From positions 19,468,001 to 19,532,000 of the forward strand of contig NW_026262604.1 in assembly GCF_021869535.1 (NCBI RefSeq): a stretch of DNA of 64,000 bases, given 5' to 3'. Under the pieces are notes generated by a model that was given only the letters and a program-made list of their open reading frames with translations, made no database searches and had not been told where the DNA came from. This document shows, piece by piece, positions 59,001 to 64,000 of the stretch (position 1 is the stretch's first letter; each line of letters begins with the position of its first letter). Origin of the DNA: Mytilus californianus (Eukaryota). The translations under genes were made by a program, and so were the position numbers.

Positions 59001-61953
59001 TTGTTTTTGCCATTTCTTACCTGGATGTGATTATTTTGCATTCAAAATATAGTCAAATTAGTGAATTTTGATGTTTTCAATGACCTTTCAAGCAGTATTA
59101 CCTTATCTTGCGTTATCATGGAAACGGTAAAAAATTAAAAAGATTTGAACAATGAAAAATTATAATATGGGTAAGGTGTTATAAAAAGAGAACTTAAGAT
59201 GCAATTTTGTGATATCAATGTACCATGCTCTACCTGACTCTTAGCTGGAACAGTACTTAAATATTCATATTCTAATTTTTTATCTAAAGCATTGGTTAAT
59301 CAAAGAATAGTTTCTTCATGTTATTGGCTGAAAGTAACTTAAAAAAAGATTTTTGAATCTGAAAATCTTAAACTTTTTCTTAACATTTTTATAACTCCAT
59401 TCTTATTTTGTCCACAAAGAATTTGTGTATGAAGTATTTTTCTGAAATCAATGTGTTTTTGATTAACCAATCTGTTTTGCAGCTATGCCAGAAGGATATA
59501 ACAGGACATATTTTCGGAAAGAGAAACGAACATGCCCATATTGCATGCCAGAAATGCTGCAATGATTCTAATATCTGTAATAACGATCGTTCATGTGGAA
59601 ATGTAATAACAAGTATGTAGCTAAGTTACACCACTTTATATTTATATGAATTAAACATATTATAAAGTATGTTTATCACAGTCTGTTTCATTAAAAAAAA
59701 ACAGTTATAAATTATGAATAGTATTTTTTAAGATAAAACACGTAATGAGAATTTGTTTTTCAATTTCAGGACAGCAATGTCTATCCTGTGATCATGTGAA
59801 CAATCCGAACATCTGTAATTACACAATGACATGTGATAAAGGAGAAGTAATCTTTAAGTTTGACATTCTTCTTTTACTTAGGAATCAAAGCCAGGTTCTA
59901 ATTGCAATAGAACATATGCTGCAAGTGATTGACGTCACAATTGAAATTTCGAACAACACGTACGCTCCGTATAAAGATATCAATACTTACACAGCATACA
60001 CATGTTAAAATGAGCATAGAACACGGCACGACATTACCATTTTTAACAGATTTCAACTTCGCTAAAACAGCTTCGACTATAGACAAAAGCAAATCACTTT
60101 ACCTATTGATTTGGTTCGGAAGTGTACAGCAACAGACCTCATGTCATTTCAAAATATATATATATATATGAATGGGAATAAATGAATGAAATCTCTGAAT
60201 AGCTCTGCAATCACAAACGGTGTATCAACGGAGACGTCGGGTCATGCAACTTAAACATGTCGGTGTTGTGGGGTGATATAGGTAGCGTTTACAATTTTTA
60301 CATAACAAATGTGCTTTGTTAGTAACTGACGGTATAATATTGTTTATATATAAATCTTCCTATATCTATCATCATAAATACCAGGATTGAAATTTCATAT
60401 TTGCGCCAGACGCGCTTTTCGTCTACAAAAGACTCATCAGTGACGCTCGAATCAAAAAATGTTATAAAGGCCGAATAAAGTACGGAGTTGAAGAGCATTG
60501 CGGACCTAACATTCCTAAAAGTATTATATAAATACAATATTTAAATACAGAATTTCGATTTTTGCAGGTGTGTTTCCTCCATAAATATTTGACCGAAACT
60601 CAACATGTAAAATATGACCTTGGATGTAAGCACTCATCGGTATGTAACACTGAATAAGGACAAACAATGCCATGCTACATTGTAGCAATACAACATTTGT
60701 ATAATAAACTCGAATTTTTGAGTTTGAAGTAATTTTGAGATCATCTTCATGATTGCAAGTTATTTTATTTGAATATGAGTTTTAAAATAATTAGAAGAAA
60801 AAACTACCATCCAACAATCAAATGTTGAGCCCATTTTCGAACATTGCTCTTGTCTCAACTTTAAATGCATTTCAGAAATCAGAAGATTTTAATATCATCT
60901 TCACCAGTGACCTTTAATTATTTGCTTTCGTATGTTGTCAAAACATTCGAACTCTTTTTTCCTTAATTAGTATATTCAAACACTTGTTTTGTTAACATGA
61001 CATATCAAATTTTTCTGAACTGTTCCTTATTTTATAAATGTCTATGTCGTATGTGTATTCGTGTTTTACTCAATTTCTGTAAATTATGATATGTTCATCG
61101 ATTCCCTATTTCTAAATTAATCATTAATTTCTGTTCTTTCTATTTAAATGTAGTTATGTCTTCATGGTTCAAACACAAATATTTTGGGAAAACGAACATC
61201 TTCTGGCAGACATTTGATATGTGAAAGATGTTGTGATGGAACAGAGCTTTGTAACCTTGACCTCCAATGTACACACCAGCAGCGTAAGTATTTTTTCTGA
61301 TTCACAAACAAACACATAAAAATCACATAGCATTGTTAAACAAACATATGCATTTTGTTTAAATTTACACTTGAAATTTATAATGGTATGAATTAAAAGA
61401 AGAAATGGCATTTACCTTGTATTTTTGGCTTTGAATTCATCGATTTGATTTGATTTTTGGTGTTTTAACGCCCCTTTTAAGCACCGCTTTTGGGCTATTT
61501 CGTGGCGGCCAGTTTTTATTGGTGGAGGAAGCCGGCGCGCCCGGAGAAAACCACCGACCTTCGAAAGGAAAACTGACAATCCTAGTCAATTAAGATTGGA
61601 GTCGAGTGCACCCGCACGAGCGGGGTTCGAACTCACAACCTCAGCGTTGACTGGCTAGTGATTACAGTAGTAACTACTTAGACCACTCGGCCACCGCGGC
61701 CCCTTGAATTCATCGATAGGTGAATCATATGACTGTATGATAAAGTAAAGCATATAATAGATGTCTGAAAATTTTTACCAAAGCATGGAATATAGTAATG
61801 TTTATGATTTTTACAATTTTTTTAATATAGAAAAGACGATGAATGCGTCATGTAGATCAACGAATGAATGTGGCAGCAACCTCGTATGTTCGATTGAACA
61901 ATGTCGATGTGCTTCAAAAGATGATTTTTGGGACAATAAATCCAGCATTAAAA
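34970..61953 (+). CDS. Copy B: secreted LU-LU-EB(-probably FReD) protein, 8 exons in the window, 3'-incomplete
   Basis: Exons 34970-35015, 36696-36778, 40503-40574, 59483-59612, 59770-59846, 60568-60639, 61154-61283 and 61831-61953 join in one open frame (~244 aa) with canonical splice sites; paralogous exon by exon to copy A. Confidence 0.8.
36696..36778 (+). CDS. Copy B LU1 exon 1 (SERVCYSCSSLKEGEKCQHVMSCNKDE)
   Basis: TTATTAG|AC ... GAG|GTAATA; the CxxC...C...C pattern matches LU2 exon 1. Confidence 0.8.
37420..37630 (-). mobile_element. Family C repeat inserted into a family E copy (37165-37415 and continuation)
   Basis: Reverse-complement match to 144-340 and 17605-17690. Confidence 0.8.
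38141..39420 (-). mobile_element. 5'-truncated Penelope-like retroelement (degenerate RT)
   Basis: Minus frames give YWIPKLH, KTFDFSTLYTTIPH, IPMGTNCAPLLADLF, RFIDDV and GRYQYLVDKYSVSTSQIIHDGLDV*, with many frameshifts. A two-copy ~105-bp direct repeat follows at ~37885-38100. Confidence 0.9.
40503..40574 (+). CDS. Copy B LU1 exon 2 (ICFVQKYFTLGNETRYDFGCTYQE)
   Basis: TTTTTCAG| ... |GTAATC; 72 nt; paralogue of 20129-20200. Confidence 0.85.
43015..43170 (+). mobile_element. Truncated HINE family F (TTTTTATACGACCGCAAAA...)
   Basis: The 5' end matches 44584. Confidence 0.7.
44584..45676 (+). mobile_element. HINE family F, full length, with an internal tandem array
   Basis: 5' hairpin TATACGACCGCAAAA-AAA-TTTTGCGGTCGTATA, a (GTC)n stretch, internal degenerate repeats, 3' sub-TIR GCGGTCGTAT and a terminal GC hairpin before ATTTT. 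Confidence 0.8.
46250..47425 (-). mobile_element. HINE-like element carrying a ~160-bp satellite array
   Basis: The minus strand starts TTTTTATGCCCACGCC..GGGGGCATTAA, then a GTCC/GTAC microsatellite, ~6-7 units of ...GGGCATAACTCTAGAACGG..., and a 3' palindrome GTGTCCACATGTGGACAC. Confidence 0.8.
48121..50035 (+). mobile_element. Nested HINE-type elements (family F plus a second HINE starting ~48339 with a (GTCC)n microsatellite)
   Basis: Family F start at 48121 and family F-type 3' end at ~50030; the inner element has its own ~150-bp repeats. Internal boundaries are approximate. Confidence 0.6.
48704..49445. mobile_element. hAT-type MITE, 742 bp
   Basis: TIR TAGGGATGTCAAC / GTTGACATCCCTA; perfect 8-bp TSD GTTTTATT (48696-48703 and 49446-49453); subterminal (CGAGTA) repeats at both ends. 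Confidence 0.9.
50230..51100 (+). repeat. Satellite-like tandem array, ~125-140-bp unit
   Basis: About 7 units of TTCTTTGATATGCTGAATCTA...GGGCCC...GTCCAAAATTAAACTT. Related sequence occurs at ~47930-48110. Confidence 0.85.
52905..53370. mobile_element. Kolobok-like MITE in a transposase intron
   Basis: TIR AGGTGTAATACCACCA / TGGTGGCATTACACCT; TTAA is present on the left side only. Confidence 0.6.
54690..55550 (+). mobile_element. Penelope-like RT 3' fragment (54690-54940) followed by repeat sequence including a family C copy (55330-55550, minus)
   Basis: GNILYK..SPQKLTKPLNRLIKKGYGYDTVVRSLKIAYFGFNIDSLIGSLHRN* resembles a PLE C-terminus; the family C part matches 37420-37630. Confidence 0.65.
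57380..58118 (+). mobile_element. HINE family F copy, 5'-deleted
   Basis: Highly similar to 44655-45676, including the 3' end. Confidence 0.8.
59483..59612 (+). CDS. Copy B LU1 exon 3 (LCQKDITGHIFGKRNEHAHIACQKCCNDSNICNNDRSCGNVIT)
   Basis: TTTTGCAG| ... A|GTATGT; paralogue of 20790-20919. Confidence 0.85.
59770..61283 (+). CDS. Copy B LU2 (exons 59770-59846, 60568-60639, 61154-61283)
   Basis: QQCLSCDHVNNPNICNYTMTCDKGE / VCFLHKYLTETQHVKYDLGCKHSS / LCLHGSNTNILGKRTSSGRHLICERCCDGTELCNLDLQCTHQQ; no stops. Confidence 0.85.
60403..60446 (-). ncRNA. Minimal type I hammerhead ribozyme motif (second family)
   Basis: Minus strand GCGTCA-CTGATGA-GTCT-TTTGT-AGAC-GAAA-AGCGC-GTC-TGGCGC: intact core, stems I and II paired, one stem III mismatch. 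Flanks match 29740-29910. Confidence 0.8.
61445..61703 (-). mobile_element. Full-length tRNA-derived SINE (Meta/MESC-like central domain)
   Basis: Minus strand GGGGCCGCGGTGGCCGAGTGG (A box), GAGTTCGAACCC (B box), GGTGGTTTTCTCCGGG..GCTTCCTCCACCAA and an (AAATC)n tail; 14-bp TSD TTGAATTCATCGAT (61431-61444 and 61704-61717). A degenerate copy lies at ~62790-62910. Confidence 0.9.
61831..61953 (+). CDS. Copy B EB/EGF-like Cys-rich exon
   Basis: KTMNASCRSTNECGSNLVCSIEQCRCASKDDFWDNKSSIK; phase 1-1; homologous to the decayed exon at 23176-23299. Confidence 0.8.
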
Positions 61954-62219
61954 GTAAGTTCGTTTAAAAAATGAAAACAACGCATCATAAGTTGCATGCG
62001 TCCGAGGTGTATATTTGAGAACAAGTTTATAAAAGAACCAAAACAGTTGTAGAGCTATATAACAAACAGAAGTTTTAAAAACAATAGCCAAATCCATATA
62101 AGGTCACTTTTGTCTAAAAGAAATGTAACATTAGTATCCTAATAATTTCTTTATGTGTACACGGACAATCTCTAAAAGGTTTGTCATTAATCAGTTCATA
62201 AACGAAGTACAAACTCTTG

Positions 62220-62345
62220 CGCTGATGATATCAATAGGACCTGATAGTCCACAAGCAGCGGTATCGACCCAGTGCTCTAAATTACAACACTTCATAAATT
62301 TCCAAAGCGCGTTTCTGGATTTACCTTCCTCAGGAACGATCAAAT
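62220..62345 (-). mobile_element. Fragment of the retrozyme-like family of 15633-16028
   Basis: Minus strand GTTC-CTGAGGA-AGGTAAATCCA-GAAACGCGCTTT-GGA followed by spacer sequence. A further decayed copy lies at ~63325-63400 (+). Confidence 0.7.
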
Positions 62346-64000
62346 ATTATTAAAACTACTCACTATTTATATCAAAAATAGATTTGTATAACATATACCA
62401 ATTTGATGACCCGTATAACCTTACAATATTTATCAGGAGGTAAAACAAACACGTTGATTAGACATGTAAGAAAAAAATAATAATGTTTAAACCCCAATTT
62501 TCCTCAAAAGATTTCATCTATTCTGGATAACGTAATGTTCGGTTTTTAGGATGGAAATGCTTAATTCATAAAAAACGTTTGATTGTTGGGGTTCCCAATG
62601 AGTATAAGAAACACATGTCTAATAAAAATATTAGAGGCAATACATGCACAAGTACAATACGTTTGAAAAATACACAAAGACGTACATACTGTATATCATC
62701 TTTCTTTGAAATTTATATTACGAAAAAAACCTACTCTCTTAATCTGAAGTTCTTTATATGCATAAAAAGATCCTCAATTATTTGATTTTGTGGCGATCAG
62801 TTTTTATTGGTAAAGGACAGAAAACTCACTCTCTTAGTCAATTAATATTAAAATTGATCGCACCTGCCACATGCGGAATTTTAACTTCAGTGTTGACAGG
62901 CTAGTAATATAGTAGTGGGATGTGATAAAAGACACATAGAAAACTACATTATTCATTGTAGTTCATTAGATACAATACGAAACATATAAAAATAGATAAT
63001 AATTTTCGTTACACTTAAAAATATTCGTGTTTTTTTTTTTCTCTAAATGCGATGAGGAAGATTCAATCGGTTGTACCGAAGAAAAAAAACATATTTGGGT
63101 CTTTTCAAATATCATATCAATAAAATGAAAACTTTAGTGATGGTCACATATCAGTTTAAAGAATTATCGTATGAAATGGAGTAAGAATAAATTAAAGTAA
63201 AATTGGCATTTGTTTTAGATATTGCCATGTTATTTTTTAAACATATGTTACCATTTTCCGAATATTAAGTTACAAATTTTGAAAAAAGAATATGCAGACC
63301 AATGCGTAAATACTCAATATACTTGGCTTTCAAATATCAGGCTATGAGTGTCCTTGAAGACGGAAAATCCAGAAAATCGCTTTAGACGAAAAAATTTTAT
63401 TACGTTTGGTTTTAATTTTGTACATATCTGTAACATTAACAAGACAATTATAACGTTACTTCAGTCTCGATTGGTCTAACGAATGACTTTAAAATTGGCA
63501 TTTGCTGCTTCTCCACCCATTAGGCTGCATTCTGCAGTACGAGAAAAGATGGGTACACTAAAATGCCTTATAGATATCATGGCGGTCTGCTTAAATATGA
63601 ATCATGTTCACCTATAATTATATTTCAAGGGAAATGTTCCGTCAACGTTACGAGCTCCAATCGTACATTTTTTATGAAGTTCAAGATTTTTGGTAGAATG
63701 GTTTAAACGCATGGATTATATAAGCTTATGGATGTAATCCTATTATGTTTCAGTCTCGTTGAATTCTAGTTCGGGAATTATTCTAAAAACATGTGATACA
63801 AGTGGAAAATATCAATGAATTTAAAAAAATTATAATCAAACCAAACTCTGGGAAAAAATTGTGTACTTTAAATAAGTAGTTTTTGAGTAATACAATTTTC
63901 AACTTTTATAATCAGTCCGGTCAGAGTCATCTTCCAAATAATAGTTTCTGTCTTTAGAAAAGTCTCTAGAAACAAATTAAAGTAGTTATACCAAAGAAGT

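Larger units (their letters stand above)
40869..59256 (+). mobile_element. 18.4-kb DNA transposon, Sola3-like, with TTAA target duplication
   Basis: TTAA|GTAGTAGTCCGCCTAAGAATCAGGCAGA at the left end and TCTACCTGACTCTTAGCTGGAACAGTAC|TTAA at the right (21/28 inverted matches). It encloses a spliced transposase. The superfamily call comes from motif recall (DWAMK, SDNA-type, GKxxCD). Confidence 0.75.

Noticed and set aside
61640-61703. tRNA-like sequence
   Set aside because: It is the Pol III head of a SINE, with body, tail and TSD; no complete cloverleaf gene.
62000-64000. Search for copy B fibrinogen exons
   Set aside because: None is recognisable before the window ends; the region holds SINE and hammerhead-repeat remnants only.

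Overview
AT-rich, intron-containing animal DNA; the repeat families and gene content point to a bivalve, most likely a Mytilus mussel (inference). No prokaryotic features are present. Main content: (1) 1.9-7.6 kb: three homologous phase-1 exons encoding a Tyr/Thr-rich 14-aa repeat (Y-x3-VYP-x-GT), two starting with signal peptides. (2) 11.1-12.8 kb: a large exon encoding a glycosylated ectodomain plus a rhodopsin-type 7TM receptor, split by one in-frame TGA. Its phase-1 acceptor is compatible with the repeat exons. (3) Two tandem paralogues with two 12-Cys three-finger (Ly6/uPAR-like) domains followed by an EB-like module, with a G-K/R-R motif in every three-finger domain. Copy A (20-30 kb) is a pseudogene that continues into a fibrinogen-related domain. 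Copy B (35.0 kb to the window end) is open in all 8 visible exons. (4) An 18.4-kb TTAA-flanked, Sola3-like DNA transposon with a dead 7-8-exon transposase sits in an intron of copy B and is itself filled with nested Helentron-type elements, satellite arrays and MITEs. (5) Hammerhead-ribozyme motifs, including a 354-nt retrozyme-like pair; Penelope-like and L2/CR1 fragments; and a full-length tRNA-derived SINE with TSD. All gene models were assembled by eye from splice signals and need RNA confirmation.
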